In this document: positions 28,651-37,606 of the stretch, piece by piece | Position numbering within the stretch: the stretch's first letter is position 1 | How the letters are laid out: each line of letters begins with the position of its first letter | Source of the DNA: an uncultured virus (IMG/VR IMGVR_UViG_3300011855_000048) | Lineage: Duplodnaviria > Heunggongvirae > Uroviricota > Caudoviricetes | IMG/VR virus record: IMGVR_UViG_3300011855_000048 | Coordinates: 1 to 64,000 of that record | Strand: one strand, 5' to 3' | DNA length: 64,000 nt | The notes under the pieces: generated by a model | The model's input: only the letters and a program-made list of their open reading frames with translations | The model's database searches: none | What the model was told of the DNA's origin: nothing | Position numbers and translations under genes: made by a program

Positions 28651-29208
28651 TTAATCAATCAAAACTATTTTATTTCTAATTTTTATCTTCATTTTCTCAA
28701 TTAAGGAATCAAATTCATCAGCATACTCATTAATCTTATTAAGAGAATTATCTAGACAACCTCTTCCCTTAACAAAATCATCGAAATGAGAATTTATAGC
28801 TGAAAGAGTCTTACGAACAGAGTTCATATCCTCTGTTAATTCAGGGAAATAAAGAAATAATAGCGCCTCAAGGCGGTCGTGAGTGTCAGCATTCTGCGAG
28901 TTTTTAGTTACATGCTCGTAATGATCAGAAAGTTGCAATTTTCCAGAAACTACCATCAGCTGCTGTATATGAATCGAGCCTACATACTTATGCCACTTTG
29001 ATAGCAAAATATGTAACTCCTCGCCTTTGTCTCTAATAGCAGATTTTCTTTCCTTACGACTTTCAAAGGTGATTTGTTTCTCCCATCTTTTATCAGCAAG
29101 CAAGCTGGCTAAAAACGCGCCACCTATCACGCCAACCAACCCAACCAAGGCAGGGATAAGGGATCCCCATGGAAACTGATTAACGCTCGGAATTGATTCA
29201 ACGGCCAT
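28651..29208 (-). CDS. AT-rich moron, single N-terminal TM helix plus helical domain
   Basis: AAGGAGG RBS; LIPALVGLVGVIGGAFLASLL segment; terminator directly downstream. Confidence 0.8.
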   Translation of the reverse strand: MAVESIPSVNQFPWGSLIPALVGLVGVIGGAFLASLLADKRWEKQITFESRKERKSAIRDKGEELHILLSKWHKYVGSIHIQQLMVVSGKLQLSDHYEHVTKNSQNADTHDRLEALLFLYFPELTEDMNSVRKTLSAINSHFDDFVKGRGCLDNSLNKINEYADEFDSLIEKMKIKIRNKIVLID

Positions 29209-29297
29209 AAACCCTCCTTTTACAGTGAGTTTATCACTGTACGGAAGCAGCTATAAAGCCAATTCATTCATCAGTTGGGGCTATTTCTAGCAGGCAA

Positions 29298-29513
29298 TTA
29301 TAAATTATGACACTCTCTCTTCCACATTTTGTTATGAGCCAAAATGTCTCGCTTTGTCTGCTTGTCCAACGCACCAATATCATGGTCGGTAAGATAGATA
29401 GGTTTAACCCAGTCACACGCGGTATCTACCACCTCAATCCTTCCGGATCCACTGCTCGTGCAGCTCACGATCAACATCGTCGCCAGGCATATGGTTAACT
29501 GTCTGCTGTACAT
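29298..29513 (-). CDS. o-spanin (Rz1-like lipoprotein)
   Basis: Overlaps the Rz-like gene; lipobox-like IVSC; DTACDWVKPI. Confidence 0.7.
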   Translation of the reverse strand: MYSRQLTICLATMLIVSCTSSGSGRIEVVDTACDWVKPIYLTDHDIGALDKQTKRDILAHNKMWKRECHNL

Positions 29514-29703
29514 CGCTGGAGCTCCTCACTGCCTCTGTCCGGCGCTCTGCCGCCGCCACGCTTGCCGCGGCATTCTCTTCAGTGCGACGCTTATCCGCCT
29601 TGTCCTCTGCTTTACTGCTACCGCGCAAATGCCCAAGACCAAACGCGCCCACAATCATTGCTAAGAGAGCGACAACAGCTCCGGCTATGGTCTCAATACT
29701 CAT
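29434..29703 (-). CDS. i-spanin (Rz-like)
   Basis: N-terminal TM helix and helical periplasmic part; follows the endolysin. Confidence 0.7.
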   Translation of the reverse strand: MSIETIAGAVVALLAMIVGAFGLGHLRGSSKAEDKADKRRTEENAAASVAAAERRTEAVRSSSDVQQTVNHMPGDDVDRELHEQWIRKD

Positions 29704-29710
29704 AAGCACC

Positions 29711-30325
29711 TCACGCTAAAACGGCTCGGGCAGCGGCATAACGACTTCGCCTGTCCTCCAGCCCATTCAGTCCGCCGTTGATTATTTTGGTCACCCGGGC
29801 AATATCACCGGAATACAGCATGCAACCGCGGGTGGTGTAGAACCATGCAGCCGACCTTGCGGCATAACGTTCCTGCTCCAGCAACTCAGGAGCGTCGAGC
29901 AATTCAATACCCATCGCCCCACCGCATTTGGCGTAATTTTCACGACCGGTAATTTGCAGCAGACCGCGTCCACGATATCGCCAACCATCGCCCGGGGCTT
30001 TATTTCCATTGCGGCCACCGTAAACGATGTTCGCAATCTGCGGCTGATGCGCTACCTGCTTGCCCGGCACGCGGCCCAGCATTTCACACTGGTAGTCTGT
30101 CAGACGATGACCGAATGTCTTCTTCAAGCCGTCTACGCTGTAATTGAAGCTCTCCACCAGCAACGTAAAACCACTGGATTCATGCCCTACCTGAGCAATA
30201 AACATCGCGGTATCCTCAACAGCACTGATACCAAACTGGCTCATTGCGGCATCAATATGCGGAAACCAGCGCGCAGCCAGGCCGGCGCTTATACCTGCCG
30301 CCTTCTGAAATTGTTGTTGATTCAT
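29711..30325 (-). CDS. Endolysin, glycoside hydrolase family 19
   Basis: FIAQVGHES, YRGRGLLQITGRENY and TKIINGG motifs. Confidence 0.92.
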   Translation of the reverse strand: MNQQQFQKAAGISAGLAARWFPHIDAAMSQFGISAVEDTAMFIAQVGHESSGFTLLVESFNYSVDGLKKTFGHRLTDYQCEMLGRVPGKQVAHQPQIANIVYGGRNGNKAPGDGWRYRGRGLLQITGRENYAKCGGAMGIELLDAPELLEQERYAARSAAWFYTTRGCMLYSGDIARVTKIINGGLNGLEDRRSRYAAARAVLA

Positions 30326-30606
30326 TAGTGCCTCAGAACGTCTACGATCCGTGCCACGTTGCCCCGGACAACCATCAGCACAGACAGAAAAATGATATTG
30401 GCCCCGATAGTGGCCCATGATGAGTGGGGATAAATGCCGCATAAATACGCCAGCGGCACCGCGCTATATATGACAGTTATCAACCATGCCAAGCGAGATA
30501 CCCACGGCCTGTGCCGGGCATCCCCCCGTCGATAGAACATCAGTGAAACAACAACACCAGCGCAGAGCAGCGCGTTTATTGTCGCAGTAGGGTCATTTAG
30601 GACCAT
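30325..30606 (-). CDS. Holin-family membrane protein
   Basis: Three hydrophobic segments and an RGNVARI C-terminus; directly upstream of the endolysin. Confidence 0.75.
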   Translation of the reverse strand: MVLNDPTATINALLCAGVVVSLMFYRRGDARHRPWVSRLAWLITVIYSAVPLAYLCGIYPHSSWATIGANIIFLSVLMVVRGNVARIVDVLRH

Positions 30607-30979
30607 CAGAACCTCCTCGACGCGTGACGATCGCCACCAGCGATGAAATGTCCTGGTTGTTGAGGAATGTAAGCACCTTTACTGCAAGTGCGGAAACAAA
30701 AACGGCGCCCAGCGCGTCGAGAGGTTTATCGTTATAACCAGTCCAGTCAGCCAGCTTTGCTCCCACGAGCCCGGCGCAGAGCACGCCCGCGATGAATGAA
30801 ACGACAAAGTAACCCAAACGGCGTAATGCGCTAAGATTCGCTGCTGTAGCTATATAAAAAACGGCACCAGCGAAAGCTCCGAACACCACACCATAATCTG
30901 TGCCAGTCAGCAGACCGTAGACACTTGCGCCAGTTAGCGCGCCACCAGCAACACCCGTGCTGGATAAAGGATCGGACAT
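30593..30979 (-). CDS. Putative holin
   Basis: Multi-TM protein with DYGVVFGAFAGAVFY; first gene of the lysis cassette. Confidence 0.8.
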   Translation of the reverse strand: MSDPLSSTGVAGGALTGASVYGLLTGTDYGVVFGAFAGAVFYIATAANLSALRRLGYFVVSFIAGVLCAGLVGAKLADWTGYNDKPLDALGAVFVSALAVKVLTFLNNQDISSLVAIVTRRGGSDGPK

Positions 30980-31083
30980 CAGTCCCCCTCAGTTGCTGTG
31001 GATCCTCTCAGAATAAATCGAGTGGAAATAAAAAGGCCCGCCGAAGCGAGCCTGAATGGTTTAGAAGTGGTTTGCGGGCTGTT

Positions 31084-31491
31084 TTATCTAACGACGATTT
31101 CCATATGCTGGCCCAATGCCGAAAGCGCGCGCTGAATAGTATCAATCTTGGTGTTGTGACCAAGTGACACAATACGCTGCACCTCCTGAGGGCGGGTATC
31201 TATCATGCGAGCCAGATCAGCATTGCTGGTGCCAGTGCTAACCATACGGTTTAGCAATAGTACTTTGGCAGCAACGCTGGCCGGCACCTCCACGAACTCT
31301 TCACCATCAGCTGATGGCGCGGGAATCTCCCGTCTATCGTCAAAGTAGAAATCAAAGGCAGTTACCAGAGCGTCTTGAGCCATTTCTAACGCTTCTTCTC
31401 TGGTTTCTCCGCCCGTTACGGCTTCTGGTATATCCGGGAAGAAAACCGCCCAGCCAGTTTCGTCATGCTCAAAGGTTACCGGGTATCTCAT
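31084..31491 (-). CDS. hicB: HicB antitoxin
   Basis: FFPDIPEAVTGGETREEALEMAQDAL and a C-terminal HTH. Confidence 0.92.
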   Translation of the reverse strand: MRYPVTFEHDETGWAVFFPDIPEAVTGGETREEALEMAQDALVTAFDFYFDDRREIPAPSADGEEFVEVPASVAAKVLLLNRMVSTGTSNADLARMIDTRPQEVQRIVSLGHNTKIDTIQRALSALGQHMEIVVR

Positions 31492-31540
31492 ATCAATTCA
31501 GTCAAGCTATGCGAGGGAACCAGCCCCGGAGGGCTGGTAG

Positions 31541-31717
31541 TTACTTCAGGCCGAGTTGCTTAAGAATCGCTTTTCTCAGCGGCTCCGGTATCTCTTTCCC
31601 CGGATGCCTCGGCATTATGGTTTGACGCCCATTTAGGTAGATTTTTAAGTGGTTTGTACCGTTTTTAAAAATCGCTCCCTGAACCTCCAACCATTTTCTG
31701 AACTCGCTTTGCTTCAC
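31541..31717 (-). CDS. hicA: HicA toxin (58 aa, not in ORF track)
   Basis: GTG start with AGGAGG; KQSEFRKWLEVQGAIFKNGTNHLKIYLNGRQTIMPRHPGKEIPEPLRKAILKQLGLK. Confidence 0.92.
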   Translation of the reverse strand: MKQSEFRKWLEVQGAIFKNGTNHLKIYLNGRQTIMPRHPGKEIPEPLRKAILKQLGLK

Positions 31718-31747
31718 TGCCTCCTCCTGTTCGTTTAACTTGAGATG

Positions 31748-31801
31748 ATTATAAACATTTTTGTTTATACTCGCAAGCTAAGTTATAAGCATTTTTGTTT
31801 A
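31748..31801 (-). promoter_or_regulatory. hicAB promoter with two palindromic operators
   Basis: TTGCGA-17-TATAAT; TAAACATTTTTGTTTA at 31752-31767 and TAAGCATTTTTGTTTA at 31786-31801. Confidence 0.75.
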
Positions 31802-31918
31802 TTCATGAGGGGCGGGGAAGTTCGAATTGATGAGAGGACATTTATTTCAGGACGGCGATATGACAGGGGTACTGATGCAATGCACCTCGCGAATACCCCT
31901 GTCGTATCGCCGGAAAGC

Positions 31919-31942
31919 AAAAACCCCGCGGTGGCGGGGTTC
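31919..31942 (-). terminator. tR'-like terminator
   Basis: AACCCCGC-CACC-GCGGGGTTTTT on the minus strand, shortly downstream of the putative late promoter. Confidence 0.75.
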
Positions 31943-32007
31943 TCGTTATGTTCAAATTGTCGCTTTTGGTCGCTGCCGAGTGGCGCAGCTCTGCTAAGCA
32001 TGCCCTG

Positions 32008-32035
32008 ATTATCAAAAGTTTTAGCGCGAATTCAA
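32008..32035 (-). promoter_or_regulatory. Putative late promoter pR'
   Basis: TTGAAT-16-GATAAT directly after Q. Confidence 0.6.
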
Positions 32036-32064
32036 TATCAACAACACAAAATAGCACTTTTTGT

Positions 32065-32670
32065 TCATTTTTGTTTTTTCAGCTCATGTCTTGCAACTAA
32101 AAAAACTTTCGCCTGGAATATCTCCAGACACCATTTAACGCGCCTCCTTGCCTCATCAGATGACAGCCAAGGCGCCATTTGCTGCAGATCTCGGCTAATG
32201 TCAGAGATTTTCTTACGCGTCGTGTAAAACCCAACTCCCACGACATAAACCGGGTCCGTCGTTTCGAATGACTCCAGCACGCACTGCTCGACGAAATCAG
32301 CATCATCATCATTGAGCGCACTGTCGATCAGTTTAGTGGCAGGCTTCGGCCATAAAATAGAGTGCGCCCGACTCAGCGCCTGCTGCCCTCGATACCCTTC
32401 CTCCCGTGCCTGAGAAAGTGCAGCGGTAAAACGCTCCAGAGCCTTATCTGACCATGAGGCCCCTTTAATCCCTCGCCAGCACGCATGGCCTTTTGGTATG
32501 CGTGGTGCTGTCCCACCTCTGACATTATCGCCCCAGATCGTCAGTAAAGATTTAATCCATCCTGACTGTATACCTGTCAGTAATACGGATTTCCCCAGAT
32601 AGCGCTTATGAGTTGCCTTCGCTACTTCATTAAGAGCTGCTACATGTTTGCGGCGTTGCTGCGGTGTCAT
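32065..32670 (-). CDS. Q: Late antiterminator Q
   Basis: Position before pR' and the lysis genes; WIKSLLTIWG and a C-terminal HTH with RRRVKWC. Confidence 0.75.
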   Translation of the reverse strand: MTPQQRRKHVAALNEVAKATHKRYLGKSVLLTGIQSGWIKSLLTIWGDNVRGGTAPRIPKGHACWRGIKGASWSDKALERFTAALSQAREEGYRGQQALSRAHSILWPKPATKLIDSALNDDDADFVEQCVLESFETTDPVYVVGVGFYTTRKKISDISRDLQQMAPWLSSDEARRRVKWCLEIFQAKVFLVARHELKKQK

Positions 32671-32682
32671 TTTTTCTCCTTA

Positions 32683-33723
32683 TTACGCGAGAACGCCAAG
32701 CGCAAAGGCTCGGTCCAGTACGTTCTTTAACATTTCGAGTTGCGAGCCGTATTTACGCTCAAATTTAACTGGGTCGTTGTGCAGTTCGTTGTGGTGACGG
32801 CGGCAGAGTGGGATAGCAAACGCATCGTGTGCCTTCGTCCCCATGCCACCCTGCCCGTGACCTATCAGATGATGAGGATCATCAGCTGGCTGCCGGCAGC
32901 ATTCGCATGGCTGCGATTTAACCCACGCCAGATAGCTTTGGTTTTCCCAGCGGATACGCTTGGGTTTTCGGAAAAATGATGCTGGCGGCTCTGAATCGAT
33001 AGTAAGTGGTGTTATAGGCGCATCCAGCACAGGCTCCTGAAGAGCGGGATCAGGGGAATAGCTGTCGGTGTGCCGCTTCAGAATGCTGGTGGCCAGTTCT
33101 GTTGGAAGAATGTCACTTTCACGCCAGACTGAAGGGATTGGCTCATTGGCTAAGCGTAGCGCCTTCCGTGCCAGAGACTCGTTAATAGCCTCTGATGCTC
33201 CGTGAGTTAACGCCCACCAGCACAGCTCCGCAACAGATAACACACGCTCCCGGCTATATCCCAGATCGCGCAGAACTATTTCAATAATCCACTCGATTAA
33301 GTTTTCCCTGGCAATTCTGGCGAGAAGCTCAGTCGCCTGGTCGCGCAGCTTGTTGTCGCAGTGCCAGCAAACACATATCGCGCCAGGCGGGTACCGCATC
33401 GTGGCCAGCTCATCGTGATGGTACTCAGAGTGTGGGTACTGACATTCGCGATGCCGATTTTCCAGCCAGTATTCAAGACCGGAAATACCACCAGCGGCAC
33501 GAATGACTCGCTCGTCAATAAAGTAACCAGCAATTTCAGGATCGTTTGCCAGCGGTTGGCGGGCGTCCGGAATTCGACCCGGCGCCAGGGAAGCCATGTT
33601 CTGGGGAACCGACTCAACCAGAATGCGTCCATGGGAAAACAGAGGCATCAGTTCACGCCCCGGCTTCAGAAGCACAATCCCCAGGGTGCGGACGACCTCT
33701 GCCGTCAGTATTGCGCGCATCAT
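32683..33723 (-). CDS. YdfU/DUF968-like protein with C-terminal HNH-like Zn motif
   Basis: YLAWVKSQPCECC..DDPHH..PLCRRHHNELH motif. Confidence 0.85.
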   Translation of the reverse strand: MMRAILTAEVVRTLGIVLLKPGRELMPLFSHGRILVESVPQNMASLAPGRIPDARQPLANDPEIAGYFIDERVIRAAGGISGLEYWLENRHRECQYPHSEYHHDELATMRYPPGAICVCWHCDNKLRDQATELLARIARENLIEWIIEIVLRDLGYSRERVLSVAELCWWALTHGASEAINESLARKALRLANEPIPSVWRESDILPTELATSILKRHTDSYSPDPALQEPVLDAPITPLTIDSEPPASFFRKPKRIRWENQSYLAWVKSQPCECCRQPADDPHHLIGHGQGGMGTKAHDAFAIPLCRRHHNELHNDPVKFERKYGSQLEMLKNVLDRAFALGVLA

Positions 33724-34109
33724 GACCCCGCTCCAAAGGCTGAGATGGCGACGATTACCTGCCCTTTTGGAATGATCGGGCCCCATTCGAGTAGCAGACG
33801 TTTTATCTGGCTGTCATCCTGCCAGATTCCGGCCCGTGTCAGGGCGTCAAACAGCGCCTTGTTGAAGTTATCCAGGTCACGACGTCGGCGGTCAGGAGGG
33901 TATAGAGTGACGATTACTGAAACCGGCCCCACCAGAGTATGTGGCCGCTGACGTAACTGCTCAAAGATGGCTGCACAGGTCTCCGCCTGATAAGCGCGCC
34001 CTTTGGCACTAACCATATGCCGGCCTTTCAACGGGCCGCGGCTTGGCGCGCGCCAGTAAGCGTTTACGCTTGGCGGAAATGGCAGTGAAAGCATTAACGT
34101 TTCCATCAT
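33720..34109 (-). CDS. rusA: RusA Holliday junction resolvase
   Basis: LPFPPSVNAYWR, PPDRRRRDLDNFNKALFDAL and DDSQI motifs. Confidence 0.92.
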   Translation of the reverse strand: MMETLMLSLPFPPSVNAYWRAPSRGPLKGRHMVSAKGRAYQAETCAAIFEQLRQRPHTLVGPVSVIVTLYPPDRRRRDLDNFNKALFDALTRAGIWQDDSQIKRLLLEWGPIIPKGQVIVAISAFGAGS

Positions 34110-34309
34110 CACCCCCAGAACCGCTGCTCAAAACGGCGATCCGGGCGGGGAGCTTTTTCTGACTCAGGCAGATATGCGCTCAGCGTCCAGTGAATGAAGT
34201 CGTTACTAAGCGATCGCTCTGTCTTAACGTTATTGTTGCGGTACCGTCTCTCGAGATCATCAATCTGCTCGGATGTAAGGTCGGTATGCTGAAACCAGGT
34301 TCGCCTCAT
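34109..34309 (-). CDS. Hypothetical phage protein
   Basis: 66-aa ORF translationally coupled to rusA. Confidence 0.65.
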   Translation of the reverse strand: MRRTWFQHTDLTSEQIDDLERRYRNNNVKTERSLSNDFIHWTLSAYLPESEKAPRPDRRFEQRFWG

Positions 34310-34439
34310 GCATCACCCCGCGGGGATTTCGGCATGAATAAACCGCTGGCGCCGGACGGCGTCAGGGGTGGGGTGTTTTGAATGTGGTTTTGCGCCATGG
34401 TGTCTCTCCAGTGGCGCAGCAGGTATAGGGTGTTCAGGC

Positions 34440-34682
34440 CTATGACGGGATAATACCAGAGTTCTCAGCAACGCGGTAACCAGCCTTCTCCAGCATCTGC
34501 GTGAACAAGGTGGGCGTGCCAATAATTTCATCCTCTGCCAACGGCATAAACGACACCATACCGCCACGGCGATACATCAGCGCGCGCTGGCATTCCGGAA
34601 ATGAATGCAGTTTGGCAACGATAACCCCATCGTGGCATCTGATAACTGCGTAACCCTTTTTTGGTAAATCTTTTACTTCCAC
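34440..34682 (-). CDS. Putative antirepressor (Gifsy GfoA-like position)
   Basis: 80 aa; second gene of a LexA-boxed dinI operon in a phage whose CI lacks the cleavage domain. Confidence 0.6.
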   Translation of the reverse strand: MEVKDLPKKGYAVIRCHDGVIVAKLHSFPECQRALMYRRGGMVSFMPLAEDEIIGTPTLFTQMLEKAGYRVAENSGIIPS

Positions 34683-34725
34683 CCCGAGTCCCCTCTTATA
34701 AACCTGAAATTAAATCCACAGCTGA

Positions 34726-34959
34726 TTAATAAAACCACTCATCTGCGCTTTCCCAGGTCTCCTGCAGGATCTCCTCGATGCGTTTTTTGTCCGCCTTTTC
34801 TCCTCCAACGATATTCAGGCCGTCAGAGCCGGCACGCCGGACGGTAAGCTTGCAATCAGCATAGCTTTTATCGATACGCTTCTTAAGCTCCAGCTCAAGC
34901 GCAGGCACCGCCCCGTCCGGCAATTTTTTGGTGCGATCAATTGTGACCTCAACTTTCAT
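34726..34959 (-). CDS. dinI: DinI-family protein
   Basis: MKVEVTID..LPDGAVPALE..EILQETWESADEWF. Confidence 0.92.
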   Translation of the reverse strand: MKVEVTIDRTKKLPDGAVPALELELKKRIDKSYADCKLTVRRAGSDGLNIVGGEKADKKRIEEILQETWESADEWFY

Positions 34960-34978
34960 AAATCCTCCCTCAAACACT

Positions 34979-34998
34979 TACTGTACAAATATACAGTA
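34979..34998. promoter_or_regulatory. LexA box
   Basis: TACTGTACAAATATACAGTA. Confidence 0.92.
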
Positions 34999-35111
34999 TA
35001 CCTACAACAAGTAAGATTCAAGTTTTTTGAGGGCACGTTTTGTGAATACCATACTGCTGTTTATAAAGATGTTTTCGCTGTGAAACTAAAAACCCGCCGA
35101 AGCGGGCTTAG

Positions 35112-35192
35112 TTATGCTGCCAGTTCTTTTGCCCTACACATTTCTGGTAAATTCGCACGCATCAGCGCTTCGGCGAACGGCGGCGGCACCGC
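35112..35192 (-). pseudogene. C-terminal remnant of a phage DNA cytosine methyltransferase
   Basis: Reads AVPPPFAEALMRANLPEMCRAKELAA-stop (motif X region, GNAVPP-like) with no preceding catalytic domain. Confidence 0.7.
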
Positions 35193-35641
35193 GGCAAATA
35201 TCTCCGAGATACAGTAGCCAAGTTTGAAAGGCATTTTTCAGCAGACTCTGCGCGGGATTGCAGCTCGGAGCATGCTTCAAAATTGCTGATTGCCTTTCGT
35301 TCCCACTCTTCAGCCCTGTCGTTTGCATTGATCATCGACTCCTCAATGCCCCTAATCCATTTCTCCTGTTTTGCGATAGTTTCAGTCTGCTCAGCTATGC
35401 GCGCGTCTTTATCCCTAGCTTCCTTTACCAGCTCCCGCGCGTCGATTTTCAGCAGCGCTACGTGCGCTGTGGCTCCACGCAGCTCGTCGGACAGTCGATG
35501 ACATTCAGCGTTTTTAGCCTCCAACGCCTCTATCAGTGCCAGGACGTCATCGGCTTTTACGTACAAGCTCTCTCCAAACTCGTTTGCTGAATAAGCTCGA
35601 CGTTTCAGGCTCTGCTCCAGTTTGGTGAGATCAGTTGTCAT
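35162..35641 (-). CDS. Ead/Ea22-like coiled-coil protein, probably 3'-truncated
   Basis: DVLALIEALEAK coiled coil; runs out of frame into the methyltransferase remnant. Confidence 0.55.
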   Translation of the reverse strand: MTTDLTKLEQSLKRRAYSANEFGESLYVKADDVLALIEALEAKNAECHRLSDELRGATAHVALLKIDARELVKEARDKDARIAEQTETIAKQEKWIRGIEESMINANDRAEEWERKAISNFEACSELQSRAESAEKCLSNLATVSRRYLPRCRRRSPKR

Positions 35642-35945
35642 GCTGCACGCTCCTAAGCCAAATGCACACCGCGCCGTCTTCAGTGTCGTGAATCGAGCCC
35701 ACGAACCAACCATCCCCATCAGGCATTTCAGGTTGCCAAGTGGAAATGTCGTAACCATCGACGGCAGGATAGACATCATCCTCGTCACGATAAATGACCG
35801 TCCATTCCAGTCCGACTTTTTCAAGCAAGGCGTTAAACTCTTCGGTCGATATGTGCTCCCGACCATCGCAAAACTCATCGTAAAGAGGGTGAGTCCAGTA
35901 ACCGTACTGGTCGCGTTCCACTGGTAATGCTGTGATAGTGCTCAT
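35631..35945 (-). CDS. Hypothetical acidic phage protein
   Basis: RDQYGYWTHP..GWFVGSIHDTEDG; coupled to neighbouring genes. Confidence 0.75.
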   Translation of the reverse strand: MSTITALPVERDQYGYWTHPLYDEFCDGREHISTEEFNALLEKVGLEWTVIYRDEDDVYPAVDGYDISTWQPEMPDGDGWFVGSIHDTEDGAVCIWLRSVQHDN

Positions 35946-36781
35946 TTGGATGCCTTCTCGCGAAGCTGCATGCGGTTTTCCGCGATGCGTTTCTGTTCGT
36001 CGATAATGTCCAGCGCTTCGGCCAAGTCGATGCCGTCCAGGGTCATAACGCCATCATCTGTGATATTCGCAATAGCCATCAGCTCAACCAGCCGCCGCGC
36101 TTTCTTGACGCTGATTTCCGGGGCGACAATGCGTTTAGTTACTTTCTTGGCGCCCAACGCCTTAGCGGCTGCCACATCATTTTTGAGAACCTCTCCAGCC
36201 TTGTCGCCATGTTCCTTAACCCTATCGACGGCTACCGTCACAGACACGTCGCCGGATTTAACGACCTGCTGCACATCATGATTGGCTGTGCTGAGTGCCA
36301 GGAGCTTTTCAACGGTCGGCGCCGACTTGTGAACTAGTTTCGCTATTTCACTGATAGACAGGTTAAACGTTGTAGTCATTTCCTGGACAACAGCGGCCTG
36401 CTCAAGAGAGGTAAGCGGAAGCTGATTATTACTGGTCATGATTCGAGCCAGGCGCTGCACATCGTTACCTACGAACGGCATTATATGGATGCGGTCTACC
36501 GGCTTTCCGGCATCACGACACCTTGCGTAAGCGCGGCGCCTCCTGTGACCTTCGACAACCCATACACCACCTTCATCGCGCGCAATACACTCTAGCGGAG
36601 GGACTGTGCCACCTTTGCTCAGATAGTTGAACAGATCATCGTCTGCTGCACGGGTGCGATCGTCATCCTCACGTTTATTGAAACCCTCTTTAACGTGAAT
36701 ATCGTCAAGACTAATGAACATCCCAGAATCGGGACGCTTGATAATTCCGGATTTAATCATTTGCTTGAATGAATTAGCCAT
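35942..36781 (-). CDS. ParB-like protein
   Basis: GFNKR, VPPLE and VVEGHRRRRA ParB motifs plus an HTH. Confidence 0.8.
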   Translation of the reverse strand: MANSFKQMIKSGIIKRPDSGMFISLDDIHVKEGFNKREDDDRTRAADDDLFNYLSKGGTVPPLECIARDEGGVWVVEGHRRRRAYARCRDAGKPVDRIHIMPFVGNDVQRLARIMTSNNQLPLTSLEQAAVVQEMTTTFNLSISEIAKLVHKSAPTVEKLLALSTANHDVQQVVKSGDVSVTVAVDRVKEHGDKAGEVLKNDVAAAKALGAKKVTKRIVAPEISVKKARRLVELMAIANITDDGVMTLDGIDLAEALDIIDEQKRIAENRMQLREKASK

Positions 36782-36838
36782 GAGAAATATCTCCCGCCTT
36801 AATTAATAGGATTCCGAGATGATTTTTTTGTTTATTCA

Positions 36839-37159
36839 TTATTTAGCACTCCCAAATATTTTATGGACCTGATACCCCTGCCAGCTCTGACGGCACTGCT
36901 CTGTGATGCTCACGCGCTGACGCTTTGGCTTTTCTGTTGCTGGCTTAATCGGCTTGAGGTTAATTTCGCCGCGGCGCAGCCGGTAAACCGGGTGATAGAG
37001 CCGACCAACGTTGGATACCACGCCGACATGTACCAGGTGCTCAAGCAGACGGTTGGCTTTTTTGCAGTCGCAGTCCACCAGCGCTTTAACTTCCCGTGGA
37101 GTTATCTCTCCCCGCTCCCGCATCGCGTTCACGATTTTCCAGAGGTTATTACTGGCCAT
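36839..37159 (-). CDS. Winged-HTH hypothetical protein
   Basis: GGAGGG RBS; wHTH-like pattern. Confidence 0.65.
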   Translation of the reverse strand: MASNNLWKIVNAMRERGEITPREVKALVDCDCKKANRLLEHLVHVGVVSNVGRLYHPVYRLRRGEINLKPIKPATEKPKRQRVSITEQCRQSWQGYQVHKIFGSAK

Positions 37160-37161
37160 GT

Positions 37162-37593
37162 TCACGCCCTCCTCGCCGCACGCCGGTAGCAAGCATCCCG
37201 GCGCTGGCACAGGCGCAACATCTCATTGGAGTTGCAGGCCATATTCATAGCACTGGTGTACTGTGTGGCCGCCCGACGCCAGAAACCTTTCATCTCAAGC
37301 TCCTGTGCCAGCGCCTCCACTGCCTGCAGCTTCTCAGGATCTTTTGGCTTTTCCAGCATGAAGGGCAGCACCACGTCCGGTATGTTGGCTCCTTCTGCTG
37401 CGGTGTAGACATACTGCGTGCCGTTGTGCTTGCGGGTAATAATGCCCTTGCGTGTCAGCGACCTGAGAAAGTTACAGGCCGTGCTGGCGGAAACATCCAA
37501 GGCTTCACAGATGTCGCGAATGACGCAGCCAGGCATATGGCGTACGGCGATCGCCACCCGGTCTATTTGATTGATTTTTACTGTATTGGTCAT
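37162..37593 (-). CDS. HTH plus PerC-like domain protein
   Basis: AQELEMKGFWRRAATQY is PerC-like. Confidence 0.7.
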   Translation of the reverse strand: MTNTVKINQIDRVAIAVRHMPGCVIRDICEALDVSASTACNFLRSLTRKGIITRKHNGTQYVYTAAEGANIPDVVLPFMLEKPKDPEKLQAVEALAQELEMKGFWRRAATQYTSAMNMACNSNEMLRLCQRRDACYRRAARRA

Positions 37594-37606
37594 TGGTCAA
37601 AACTCG

